From contig NC_014148.1 of NCBI RefSeq assembly GCF_000092105.1, positions 4,410,001-4,442,000 of the forward strand: a stretch of 32,000 nt of DNA, written 5' to 3'. The notes below the pieces were generated by a model. It ran no database searches. It was not told the DNA's origin and saw nothing but the letters and a program-made list of their open reading frames with translations. Shown piece by piece: positions 9,404 through 18,354 of the stretch. The stretch comes from Planctopirus limnophila DSM 3776 (GTDB taxonomy: Bacteria > Planctomycetota > Planctomycetia > Planctomycetales > Planctomycetaceae). Positions within the stretch are counted from its first letter, which is position 1. Each line of letters opens with the position of its first letter. The position numbers and the translations under genes are program-made.

Positions 9404-10279
9404 CTATGGAGCAGCAGATGACGCGCCGAGCTTACGGAAGTAGTCTTCGGTAAACACCGGGTCGAGCTGGTGGTAGAAGCCAATGGTCAGATCGAGCTTC
9501 TTGCGAATGGCGGCATGCTTCTCGGCAATCGGCCAGATCGATCCGTCACCGGCGAAAATCATTGCTGCAAAGGCGTTGAAGTCATTCTCCAGGTTGGATT
9601 GAGCATACTCCTTGAGAAACCCCTGCTCGTGAAGTTTTTCATCGAGCTTCAAGCCGGCCTTCTTCTGCTTGACAGCATCCACACCACTCCCGAGATATTT
9701 GAAGTCGGGCGGGTTCACCGACTTCCAGGCATTTTCAGCCAGGAATTTCGACTGATTCCTCAACAGAATGCTCGATAACTCCGCATGAAAGACGGCTTCG
9801 TTATGAGCATCGGTGAAGCCTTTATTGACATCGCCAATCTTGAGATAGACCGCATTCCGCGAGTTTGTACCACTTGTAATGACCCCGCTGTATTTCAATT
9901 CCGAGAGCACATAAATCGTTTTGAGGTGCTGCTTCAGAAGTGCTTCGGGGTACTTCGCCAGTGCCGGGACAAGAATCCGCTGGACACGCTCAAATTCTGC
10001 TGCCGGGAGTGCGCCACCACTGGCAGCAATGGAAGGCTTCAGCCAGGATTCTGGGAAGATCCCGGATCGATCCGATGTCACCACGGGGATGGGAGCCGCG
10101 ATGACCGTCACATCGTCAGCCTGCGTGAATCGATCTGATTGACACACGAGGATGAGCAGGAAAGCAGCGAGGTAAATCGCTCGCTTACATGTTTCCCGGG
10201 AGATAATTGCGCGGTGTTGGTTGAGAAGACATGCTTGCCCAGAGCTGCAAGCATGGCACACAGAGCGCCATTTTTTCAT
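9404..10279 (-). CDS. hypothetical exported protein (start uncertain)
   Basis: The ORF is open from 10330 (GTG), with ATGs at 10312 and 10279. A signal-peptide-like core AIYLAAFLLILVCQS..TQA lies about 30 codons downstream of the nearest start codon. REP-like repeat copy A (10227-10260) sits between them. The gene is convergent with gmd, with stops 2 nt apart. Confidence 0.7.
   Translation of the reverse strand: MKKWRSVCHACSSGQACLLNQHRAIISRETCKRAIYLAAFLLILVCQSDRFTQADDVTVIAAPIPVVTSDRSGIFPESWLKPSIAASGGALPAAEFERVQRILVPALAKYPEALLKQHLKTIYVLSELKYSGVITSGTNSRNAVYLKIGDVNKGFTDAHNEAVFHAELSSILLRNQSKFLAENAWKSVNPPDFKYLGSGVDAVKQKKAGLKLDEKLHEQGFLKEYAQSNLENDFNAFAAMIFAGDGSIWPIAEKHAAIRKKLDLTIGFYHQLDPVFTEDYFRKLGASSAAP
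10227..10260 (-). repeat. REP-like palindromic repeat, copy A
   Basis: AGACATGCTTGCCCAGAGCTGCAAGCATGGCACA. It has a 9 bp stem CATGCTTGC/GCAAGCATG and an 8 nt loop. The first 33 nt (10227-10259, AGACATGC...ATGGCAC) are identical to copy E. Confidence 0.85.
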
Positions 10280-10501
10280 GGAAAGCGTATTAGAGCTCCA
10301 TCGAATCACCATATTGCTCCCCGGATTCACTCAGCTCACGATCAAACTCGAATATCGCGAATGAGAACGAGACTACTCGTTTTTTGAATGGGGAGGCGAG
10401 TACGGTTTGTTGATGAACGATGCGCAATTCGTACAAAACCCGACCATGACTCGTCCGGGCTGTCAGCGAACAGACTTCACGAAAGGGTCTTGAAGTCAGG
10501 C

Positions 10502-11101
10502 CTAAGTTGATAACGTCCCTTTGGAAGAAGGGACACCTGTTTGTCGAGGATCGATTGCCACCGCTTGTCTTAAGGCTCTGGCTGTGCCTTTGAAAATGGC
10601 CTCGCTGATGTGATGGCTGTTGGTGCCGTGATGCAGCACCAGGTGCAGGTTCATAAGTGCATTGGCCGCCACAGCCTGCCAGAACTCTTCCACAAGTTCG
10701 GTATCGAACGTACCGATCTTTTCGGTGGGGAATTCGACCTTGTAGATGAATTTCACACGCCCCGACAAATCGAGTGCCGAAGTGACGAGTGTTTCTTCCA
10801 TAGGCAAGGTGATGCTGCCATAGCGGACAATTCCCGCTTTGTTGCCTAAAGCCTCAAGGAGAGCTTTGCCGAGGCAGATTCCGATATCTTCGGTCGAGTG
10901 ATGGTCATCGATGTGAGTATCGCCATCGCAGGTCACTTCGAGATCAAAGAGACCATGCTTAGCAAATAACGTCAGCATGTGATCGAGAAAACCAACGCCA
11001 GTCGCCACCTGGGCTTGGCCACTGCCATCGAGGTTGAGTGACAGCCGAATTTTGGTTTCGAACGTATTGCGTTGAATGGTGGCCTGGCGTGGAGAAGACA
11101 T
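10502..11101 (-). CDS. hisB: imidazoleglycerol-phosphate dehydratase
   Basis: [18 protein letters not shown]...[20 protein letters not shown]...[19 protein letters not shown]...[18 protein letters not shown] are classic HisB motifs. The ATG at 11101 gives a typical N-terminus; the start at 11149 in the ORF track is a TTG. Confidence 0.95.
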   Translation of the reverse strand: MSSPRQATIQRNTFETKIRLSLNLDGSGQAQVATGVGFLDHMLTLFAKHGLFDLEVTCDGDTHIDDHHSTEDIGICLGKALLEALGNKAGIVRYGSITLPMEETLVTSALDLSGRVKFIYKVEFPTEKIGTFDTELVEEFWQAVAANALMNLHLVLHHGTNSHHISEAIFKGTARALRQAVAIDPRQTGVPSSKGTLST

Positions 11102-11257
11102 AACTCGATTTTCGTTGAAGGAATTTGAGATTTTTCCGTCCCGGGTCAATCAGCTGCGGACTACACGGCAGACTACCTGACGTGGGATTCATCAGGAAAG
11201 AGGATTCATCGGGATGTTATTCAATAGTTCGTGGTTTCTCTCTTTGGCGCGATCCAG

Positions 11258-12334
11258 CTAGACGATCTGCTTCAACGCCTCGACACAGGCGGCGACTTCT
11301 TCACGAGTGCCGATGGTGATTCTCAGGCCATCGAGCAGGCGATCTGCCGCCCAATCGACGCCGGGAAACTTCATGTATCTCACGAGGATTTTTTGAGCTT
11401 TCAGTGCCAGATAAATGTCGTGATGTTTGCTGCTGGGGTGTGTCGTCCAGACGAAGTTGGCCTGGCTGGGCGTGGGAGTGAACCCGAGTTGAATCAATTG
11501 ATCTGTCAGCCAGGCTCGTGTTTCGCGGATTCGTGCGACGTTGGCCCGCATCCAGGCTTGATCAGCAATGGCTGCGGTGGCCGCTGCCAGCGAGATGCTG
11601 TCGCAGTTGTAGCTGTCTTTCACCTTGCGCAGGCCGGCAATCATGTCATGCCGGGCGATGGCAAAGCCAAAACGAATCCCCGCGAGGCTGTACGATTTGC
11701 TGAAGGTGCGTGTCATGACCACCCGGTCGCCGAAATCGGCGTTGAGGATCTCTGTTGTTTGAGCTTCATCCGCAAAATCGGCATAGGCCCCATCGAGAAC
11801 CAGCACACCTTCCGGCGGCACCAGTTCCGCAATCTGAGAAGTCGTCCAGCAGTTCCCGGAAGGACTGTTCGGATTGGGGACAAAGACGGCCTTGGCCCGG
11901 TGAACGACCGGCCCGACACGCTCTTTCGACCAGTTCCACTGATTATCGAGAATCAGCCGCTGGTGAGAAACATTCTGCAGATCAGCCAAAGTCTCGTAAA
12001 GAATGTAACTGGGATAGGGATAAGCCATGAGATCACCCGTCCCGGTGAACGAACGGGTGATGATGGTCAGGACTTCATCACTGCCATTTGTGGGGAGAAT
12101 CTGATCGGGATCAACGCCATAAACTTCGGCGGCAATGCGGCGGAAGTTGGTGGCTAAAGGATCGGGATAGAGATTCAGCCGACTGGTCGCAGCAGCCTGA
12201 ATGGCTTCTGCCACTCTGGGTGAAGGGGGATATGGATTCTCGTTGGTGTTCAGCTTGATCCAGCCTGTTTCCTGAGGCTGCTCGCCCGGGACATAGCCAG
12301 AAATTCGTTCAATATGCGGCAGAAAAAGACTCAT
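11258..12334 (-). CDS. hisC: histidinol-phosphate aminotransferase
   Basis: 358 aa. IKLNTNENPYPPSP, NPNSPSGN and RTFSKSYSLAGIRFG (the PLP-lysine motif) are present. It lies directly upstream of hisB on the same strand. Confidence 0.95.
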   Translation of the reverse strand: MSLFLPHIERISGYVPGEQPQETGWIKLNTNENPYPPSPRVAEAIQAAATSRLNLYPDPLATNFRRIAAEVYGVDPDQILPTNGSDEVLTIITRSFTGTGDLMAYPYPSYILYETLADLQNVSHQRLILDNQWNWSKERVGPVVHRAKAVFVPNPNSPSGNCWTTSQIAELVPPEGVLVLDGAYADFADEAQTTEILNADFGDRVVMTRTFSKSYSLAGIRFGFAIARHDMIAGLRKVKDSYNCDSISLAAATAAIADQAWMRANVARIRETRAWLTDQLIQLGFTPTPSQANFVWTTHPSSKHHDIYLALKAQKILVRYMKFPGVDWAADRLLDGLRITIGTREEVAACVEALKQIV

Positions 12335-12405
12335 AACAGGCCTTGAAGGTCAAAGACTCGTGAAAACTTCGATGCATTCCAACGGGAAACAAGCCAACAG
12401 TGCTG

Positions 12406-12427
12406 TGTGCCATGCTTGCAGCTTGGG
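12406..12427 (+). repeat. REP-like repeat, copy B (half copy; the distal arm is degenerate)
   Basis: TGTGCCATGCTTGCAGCTTGGG matches the left arm and loop of the family. The right arm GCAAGCATG is replaced by GGTTTTGCTGG. Confidence 0.6.
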
Positions 12428-12937
12428 GGTTTTGCTGGCTTTTTGAGGTTCATTTCAAGTTGTACTTCGTCTCAGATTTTGAACAGGGAATCATCTTTCC
12501 CTGTCTCGAAAAACTCGGGACGGAAGGTCGCTTTACCATTGTCTCAGTTCTTGATGCAGGGGGCAAACCGCTCTGCGAAACCGCAAGAATTGTAGATCGC
12601 CAAGGAACTTCTGTCTCTGGAAGCCATTTGGCCTACGTTGACAGCCCTTCCCCTCCATAGAAAAAGACGCCACGAGCCCGTGCCAGGTTCTCGACAAAAC
12701 CTGCGGGCTACAATCCTGGATGAGATTGAACGTTTCCCTGTTCGCTGAACGGGTGACGAAACGAAGACTCCCAGCCGCGCGGACGAGATTGGCAGCCTCT
12801 GGCAAGGGGCGATATGCTCCATGAAAGTGATCTGAAAGAACTGAGCAGGGTCACCGGCAGCGACAAATCAGCAGCATTCAGCACCTGAAAATCGATATAA
12901 AACATTTGTCAATCAAATGTTACGAAGGAATTTCGAC

Positions 12938-13576
12938 ATGGCGACGGGAACCGAAGACGTGATTCTGGCACCACGGCCCAAACGCCGAGTCAGCCGCACA
13001 TTGATGATCCTCGGAATCGTGGGGGGCGTCGGGATTGTGGGTTGCTGCGGCATGGGCCTGATCTTCAATAACGTCATGAATCCCAGTCTGGTCAATCAGC
13101 CTGAGCAGGTTCAGGAAGAACTCGCCAAGGTGATGGAACTCAATGTGCCAGAAGGGTTTACACCTGACTCTGCACAGTCGATGGATAACTTTCTCTTTCT
13201 GATGCGGGCGATCTTCTACCGCCAGCAGGATGGACGGGGCTGGTTGAGGATCTTCCAGTTCCAGCCGCGAGCCATTGGCCCGGATATAGGCAAAAAGCCA
13301 ACACCCTTCGAAGCGGCGCTCGAACAGGTGGACAGCAATTATCCACAACTGGAGCCACTCAATGCTCCCGAAGAGCAGATCGTGAAGCGACTGATTGGCA
13401 ATCGTGAGGTTCCCATTCGAATTCTCGAAGGGGAAGCCATGACCTCCCGGACACGCTATGTGCAGATCACGGCTCGATTCCCGGGAAAAGTGGGTGACAT
13501 CGACATCAAATTCCAGATTGAGGCCAACCTCTGGAATGACGAGAAAACCGCCGCTCTGATTGACCAGATCAAGTAG
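12938..13576 (+). CDS. hypothetical membrane-anchored protein
   Basis: The ORF is open from 12917, but the ATG at 12938 is preceded by AAGGA about 10 nt upstream. An N-terminal basic stretch is followed by a TM helix (TLMILGIVGGVGIVGCCGMGLIF). I recognise no family. Confidence 0.65.
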   Translation: MATGTEDVILAPRPKRRVSRTLMILGIVGGVGIVGCCGMGLIFNNVMNPSLVNQPEQVQEELAKVMELNVPEGFTPDSAQSMDNFLFLMRAIFYRQQDGRGWLRIFQFQPRAIGPDIGKKPTPFEAALEQVDSNYPQLEPLNAPEEQIVKRLIGNREVPIRILEGEAMTSRTRYVQITARFPGKVGDIDIKFQIEANLWNDEKTAALIDQIK

Positions 13577-13633
13577 ATCTGAATCTGCGTAACCTTTATT
13601 GAATCCTAATGTTACAAAACAAGGATCAATCTT

Positions 13634-13664
13634 TGTGCCATGTTTGCAGCTTTGGGCAAGCATG
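13634..13664 (+). repeat. REP-like palindromic repeat, copy C
   Basis: TGTGCCATGTTTGCAGCTTTGGGCAAGCATG, with one stem mismatch. It lies 58 nt after the stop of the 12938-13576 gene. Confidence 0.85.
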
Positions 13665-13924
13665 ATGTTGCAAACTCTCAAAACAGTGTCCATTCCACGA
13701 ATGCTGCCGACGAATTGTCGAAAAGAACTTTCCTCACAGTGTGACACGTGGGTGATCAACCTGCGTGAGTGATGGGGCGACTACAGGAATTTCTCGAAAC
13801 AGAGGCCGAATTCAGGTGTTCAAATCCGGGATCGCGCGCGAGACTATCCGATGAAGGTAGTGCTGAATGTCAGACGTGCGGGATTTTGGTCGCGGATAGT
13901 GCGAATTGTTGTAGGAATGCCAAA

Positions 13925-14692
13925 ATGGTTCGAGGAATCCTGAACTGCGGATTAGCGGCGGCCTTATTGCTGCCCATGACCTCAGCCTTCATGACGACCT
14001 GTCACGCCCAACAGATGAATCGTTCCAGCGGTAGTACGACCGGTGGTTCTTCCGCACCGCGCGCAAGTCAAGGCTCAGCTTTTGGTGGCAGCTCCATGCC
14101 CGGAATGGGTGGCGGTGGCGGCAGTACCCAGTCGGCTGCCGGGACAGGTTTTGGGAGCACTCCACTGACAGGAATTGGGGCTGGTCTCTCGGCCTTTGGA
14201 CAACAGGGGACGGGGACCGGTGGTTTCGTGGGGCAGAACTTTGGCGCCACTAACTTTGTGGGCCAGGCCAATGCCGCCAATGGCCAGGGTCAGAACCAGC
14301 GTGGTAACCAGAATAATCAGCGGGGCGGCGTTGATCGCGCGATTCAGCAGCAGCTCAATGGTGGTGGCTTTGGTGGCCAGAACAATTTTGGCGGTCAGAA
14401 CGGTGGTGGCGCGAGCCAGCAGATTGTCATTCGCCCTCAGCAGCGAATTGCGTTTGATTTCCCCAAGCCTGTCGCCAACCAGATCATTTTGAACACGCAA
14501 GCCCGATTCAACAAGCTGGCCTATAAGCAGCCAGCTTTAGCTGGTGTGCAGATTGCCATGAATGCCGACGGTGTCGCGGTACTGACTGGCAACGTGGTCA
14601 GTGAAGATCAAAGGCGTCTGGCCGAACAGTTAGTCAGGCTGGAGCCCGGCGTGAGAAACGTGCAAAACAACCTGGCCACCACAGCCCCTTAA
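13925..14692 (+). CDS. exported BON-domain protein with a G/N/Q/F-rich low-complexity region
   Basis: The ATG at 13925 is preceded by AGGAA and gives the signal peptide MVRGILNCGLAAALLLPMTSAFMTTCHAQQ. The middle has about 130 aa of G/Q/N/F/S sequence (GFGGQNNFGGQNGGG). The C-terminus LAGVQIAMNADGVAVLTGNVVSEDQRRLAEQLVRLEPGVRNVQNNL is a BON domain pattern. Confidence 0.8.
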   Translation: MVRGILNCGLAAALLLPMTSAFMTTCHAQQMNRSSGSTTGGSSAPRASQGSAFGGSSMPGMGGGGGSTQSAAGTGFGSTPLTGIGAGLSAFGQQGTGTGGFVGQNFGATNFVGQANAANGQGQNQRGNQNNQRGGVDRAIQQQLNGGGFGGQNNFGGQNGGGASQQIVIRPQQRIAFDFPKPVANQIILNTQARFNKLAYKQPALAGVQIAMNADGVAVLTGNVVSEDQRRLAEQLVRLEPGVRNVQNNLATTAP

Positions 14693-14734
14693 TTGCATTA
14701 CACGTTTTCGTGGAAATCATAACGCGGTGTTATT

Positions 14735-14770
14735 TGTGCCATGCTTGCCCAGTGCTGCAAGCATGGCACA
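14735..14770. repeat. REP-like palindromic repeat, copy D (perfect 14 bp stem)
   Basis: TGTGCCATGCTTGC-CCAGTGCT-GCAAGCATGGCACA. It lies between the convergent stops at 14692 (+) and 14791 (-). Confidence 0.9.
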
Positions 14771-14790
14771 AAGCGTCCCATGAATGTCGA

Positions 14791-15417
14791 TTATCTCTCT
14801 GAGAGCTGATCGACAAAATAGACCGTGTGCGATCTCGGGCCATGGGCGCCGATGACCAGTGATTGCTCGATATCAGCCGTCTTCGATGGCCCGGCAATAA
14901 AGGCACCAAACCCGCGTGTGAGAAAGCTCAGGTGCTGGTAGGCCTCGAACATGTTGTTCACGATTTTTCCTGCTGGCACCACGAGAGCCAGATGTTCGCA
15001 GATGAAGTATTCAGCCCGATGGCGCACTTTGCTCCCTTCACACCAGACAGCGGCATTCTCGGCCACAGCGAACTCGCCCGGAAGAATGGCAAAATCAACA
15101 TCGGCCATGGTGCCGGCAGCCACCACGGAGTCGACATCCACGAGGCTCATCGCTGAACTTGGAGAGAATGTTAAACCCTCCACTTCGCACAGCACCTTTT
15201 TTGACTGAGCGAAGAGTGCCTGGTTTTGCAGATCGTTCGCGACAGCTTCCAGATGGGGGACATGCACCATTCGGCCGCCAATCATCTGCAGCACATTGCC
15301 GAATTGATCCCTGGGATCGGGGTACTGAATCCACGGCCCGTCGAGAGGTGGCAAAGGGGAAGATTCCGGCAGGTGTCGGCGAATCGCCTTCAGGATTTCA
15401 GCACGCGATGTTGACAT
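14791..15417 (-). CDS. LUD-domain protein (LutC / YkgG-like)
   Basis: 208 aa. The N-terminus is RAEILKAIRRHL and the C-terminus IAGPSKTADIEQSLVIGAHGPRSHTVYFV matches the LUD/DUF162 pattern (GPSxTADIE..lv.GvHGP). No lutA or lutB is nearby. Confidence 0.8.
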   Translation of the reverse strand: MSTSRAEILKAIRRHLPESSPLPPLDGPWIQYPDPRDQFGNVLQMIGGRMVHVPHLEAVANDLQNQALFAQSKKVLCEVEGLTFSPSSAMSLVDVDSVVAAGTMADVDFAILPGEFAVAENAAVWCEGSKVRHRAEYFICEHLALVVPAGKIVNNMFEAYQHLSFLTRGFGAFIAGPSKTADIEQSLVIGAHGPRSHTVYFVDQLSER

Positions 15418-15476
15418 GGATAATTCTCAATCAGACGACAGATGCGAAGTTTACTGCCCGTTCTGCTCACTACGGA

Positions 15477-16502
15477 TTATTGCTGAGCTGCCAAACTCTG
15501 CTGCTGTGCCACGACGGCGGCCACGATTTTCTCGTGGTGAATTCCATTTGTGGCAACAACTCCAATATTGGCGGAAAGATGCCGGCCCTGTGAAAAGTCG
15601 AGTTCTTTTCCTGTGGTATCCGTCACTTTGCCACCGGCGGCTTCAATGACCATCACACCAGCCGCATGATCCCATATGCATTCCCTGTAACCGGCGCGAG
15701 TGGGCAGGCGAAGATAGATCTCTGCCCTGCCACTGGCCACGCAGGCATACTTGGCCTGGCTGTCCATTCTCACGGGTTCGCCAGCGACTCCTAAAGACTG
15801 GGCAATCGTGGCGGAAGCATCGTGCCGACTGTGGGTGGCCTCGGCGGATTCACACACGCGGTACTCGTGCAGATTGTGCGATGTGGAAACATGAATGGGC
15901 CGGGGAAGATGATGGCCATCGAGCGAGGTCACAAAGGCCCCTGTTCCACGGACAGCATAAAACAATCCTCCCTGAGCCTGATTGATGGGAGTGATTTCGG
16001 GATTGATGAGATTTCGGGCGGGATCAGCCGGGAGATTGGGGCAACCCAGCACACCGAGAACGAGCTGCCCATCATCGTACAGGGCCAGAGCAATCGCGTA
16101 CTGCTCTTTGCGAAGAAAGCCTTTGGTGCCATCAATCGGGTCGAGTGTCCAATAGCGGCGAGAACCTCCCTCGCCGTCGCCACGATCAATCCACTCACAG
16201 ACATTTTGGCTGGTCGCCTGCGGATGAAATCGCTGAACGAGAGCCGTCACTTCACCAAGCAGCTCCGGCTCCTGCTGCAGTTCGGTCGAAGTTTCTTCAG
16301 CGACGAGGCAATCGTTCGGGAAGGCTCGGCCGATGGTTTCGAGAATGACCGCCTGGCTGGCAAAGTCGGCCATCGTGACGGGGCTTTTGTCAGACTTGGC
16401 CATGGCAGAATGGCCAATCCGCCGCTGGACAAGCTGGCAGATTTCCGCTGCATTGCGGACAGCGGTGAGCGCCAGCGATAACTCGTGAGAATAATCGATC
16501 AT
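15477..16502 (-). CDS. 3'(2'),5'-bisphosphate nucleotidase, HAL2/SAL1-like (inositol monophosphatase superfamily)
   Basis: SPVTMADFASQ, LVAEE and WTLDPIDGTKGFLR (the HAL2-type form of the WxxDPIDGT motif), plus IWDHAAG near the C-terminus. Confidence 0.88.
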   Translation of the reverse strand: MIDYSHELSLALTAVRNAAEICQLVQRRIGHSAMAKSDKSPVTMADFASQAVILETIGRAFPNDCLVAEETSTELQQEPELLGEVTALVQRFHPQATSQNVCEWIDRGDGEGGSRRYWTLDPIDGTKGFLRKEQYAIALALYDDGQLVLGVLGCPNLPADPARNLINPEITPINQAQGGLFYAVRGTGAFVTSLDGHHLPRPIHVSTSHNLHEYRVCESAEATHSRHDASATIAQSLGVAGEPVRMDSQAKYACVASGRAEIYLRLPTRAGYRECIWDHAAGVMVIEAAGGKVTDTTGKELDFSQGRHLSANIGVVATNGIHHEKIVAAVVAQQQSLAAQQ

Positions 16503-16610
16503 GGTGTAGAGAAAAACTTCCGACTCTGTGAGAACTGAATGTCATCAAACGGTTAATCAACCGGCAAGATATACGAATCGCAAAATGAAATCGCGTGTTG
16601 AAGATTGCAA

Positions 16611-16643
16611 AGACATGCTTGCCCAGAGCTGCAAGCATGGCAC
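16611..16643 (-). repeat. REP-like palindromic repeat, copy E
   Basis: AGACATGCTTGCCCAGAGCTGCAAGCATGGCAC. It lies between the sulfatase stop (16682) and the nucleotidase start (16502). Confidence 0.85.
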
Positions 16644-16681
16644 TCAGAACACAAAGATCGCTATTTCAAAGGGAATGCGAA

Positions 16682-18262
16682 TTACTTCAATGGGCCGAAG
16701 GGGGACCATTCGAGCGGAGCATTCCCATAAGCCTTAGCGGGAGGTGGCGTCTGATCGTCAACCACTTTCTGGAGACGTCGAATTTCGTCTTTGAGTTCTG
16801 TCATGGTCTGGGCATAGGCCGGGTCGTTATGGAAGCTTTTGACTTCCTGGGGGTCAACCTGTCGATCAAGCAGTTCCCATTCGCCTTCACCAGTCCCTTC
16901 ATAATGCACGAGTTTGTAACGATCAGTCACCACGCCATAATGCGGCTTGACGCGGTGAGGTGAAGGGTATTCGTAGTAGCGATAGTAGAGCGATTTTCGC
17001 CAGTCAGCGGGCGTATCCCCTTTCAGCAGTGGCAGGAGGCTGGCCCCCTGCATGTCGTTTGGTGCGTCGATTTTTGCGACATCGAGGAATGTCTGGGCAA
17101 TATCGAGCAGCGAGACAATCTGTCCATTCGTGCGGCCTGCAGGAATAGCGGCTGGCCAGCGCGCGAGCAGAGGTGTCCGCAGAGATTCTTCAAAGATCCA
17201 GCGTTTATCGAACCAGCCATGTTCACCCAGATAAAAGCCCTGATCGGATGAAACCACCACGAGTGTGTTTTCGGCAAGGCCTTCTTCATCGAGCGTCTGG
17301 AGTAATCGGCCCACACTTTCATCGACGGCCTTCACACAGGCCAGATAATCGTGCATGTACCGTTGATAGCGCCAGCGCACGAGATCCTGACCTTGAAGAT
17401 GGGCTGCTTCAAAGGCGTTATTACGCGGCAGGTAGTACTTGTTCCATTCTTCGAGTTGAGTGCTGTTGATGCCGGGAGGCGGGACGAGTTTGGCATCGAG
17501 CTTGGTGAAGGTGCGGTCGATCCCCATATCGTGATCAACGACTGCCTGAGCGCGATCTTTGTGCTGATCAAAGAGCGTCGCGGGTTCGGCAAACGGTTTG
17601 TCTTTGTTGAACCCCAGATGCCTGAGTGCAGGCGACCATTCGCGATGCGGAGCCTTATGCTGTGCCATCAGCAGAAAGGGCTTGGATTTGTCGCGATTTT
17701 TCAGCCAGTCGATCGATCGATCCGTAATGATGTCGGTGACGTAGCCTTCTCGCTGCACCTTCTGGCCATTGGCGATCATGGGCGGGTTGTAATAGATGCC
17801 CTGCCCTGGCAGGATCTCCCAATGATCAAAGCCTGTGGGTTCGCTGATGAGGTGCCATTTGCCAATGAGTGCCGTGCTGTACCCCTGCGATTTGAGCAGC
17901 TTAGGGAATGTCGTTTGGGTGCTGTCAAAGCGTGAGTTGGTGTTGTTGTAGAACCCGTTTTTATGCGAGTACTTGCCTGTCAGAATGGTGGCACGGCAAG
18001 GCCCGCAGATCGAGTTCGTGACGACACAGCGATCAAAGCGGATCCCCTCTTTCGCCACACGGTCGATATGAGGTGTTTCGAGGAGCTTTCGCTCGTCTCC
18101 ATAGGCACTGATGGCCTGATAGGCAAGGTCATCGCTGAAGATGAACAGAATGTTGGGCGGTGCCGCCTTTTCTGCCGCCATAGCAGGTGAGATCTGAACA
18201 TCAGGAGAGAAGAGAGCCAGCCAGCCCAGACTGAGAATTAAGGCAAATCGGACGGTATTCAT
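16682..18262 (-). CDS. exported sulfatase (formylglycine-dependent, S1 family)
   Basis: 526 aa with a signal peptide. PNILFIFSDDL and SICGPCRATILTGKYSHKNG contain the C-x-P-x-R formylglycine motif. GKWH is also present. Confidence 0.93.
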   Translation of the reverse strand: MNTVRFALILSLGWLALFSPDVQISPAMAAEKAAPPNILFIFSDDLAYQAISAYGDERKLLETPHIDRVAKEGIRFDRCVVTNSICGPCRATILTGKYSHKNGFYNNTNSRFDSTQTTFPKLLKSQGYSTALIGKWHLISEPTGFDHWEILPGQGIYYNPPMIANGQKVQREGYVTDIITDRSIDWLKNRDKSKPFLLMAQHKAPHREWSPALRHLGFNKDKPFAEPATLFDQHKDRAQAVVDHDMGIDRTFTKLDAKLVPPPGINSTQLEEWNKYYLPRNNAFEAAHLQGQDLVRWRYQRYMHDYLACVKAVDESVGRLLQTLDEEGLAENTLVVVSSDQGFYLGEHGWFDKRWIFEESLRTPLLARWPAAIPAGRTNGQIVSLLDIAQTFLDVAKIDAPNDMQGASLLPLLKGDTPADWRKSLYYRYYEYPSPHRVKPHYGVVTDRYKLVHYEGTGEGEWELLDRQVDPQEVKSFHNDPAYAQTMTELKDEIRRLQKVVDDQTPPPAKAYGNAPLEWSPFGPLK

Positions 18263-18354
18263 AAATTCTCTTTCGATAGGAACTCTGCTGGAGTGCTGAT
18301 CGTGATGCAGGCTCGAGAGTCGTCGTGTTTTGAAGTGAGGCGAATCGGTGATTT

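Noticed and set aside
11231-12157. 308 aa ORF on the + strand
   Set aside because: It lies entirely antisense to hisC, whose product has unmistakable aminotransferase motifs. Its translation is Gly/Arg/Pro-rich with no recognisable motifs, which is typical of a shadow ORF in GC-rich coding DNA.
12920-13759. 279 aa ORF on the - strand
   Set aside because: It is antisense to the 12938-13576 gene, which has an SD-preceded ATG and a clean TM helix. This ORF also runs through REP-like copy C, and its sequence has no domain-like features.
15822-16481. 219 aa + ORF, and the 17351-17935 (+) 194 aa ORF
   Set aside because: They are antisense to the bisphosphate nucleotidase and the sulfatase respectively, and both of those have diagnostic motifs.
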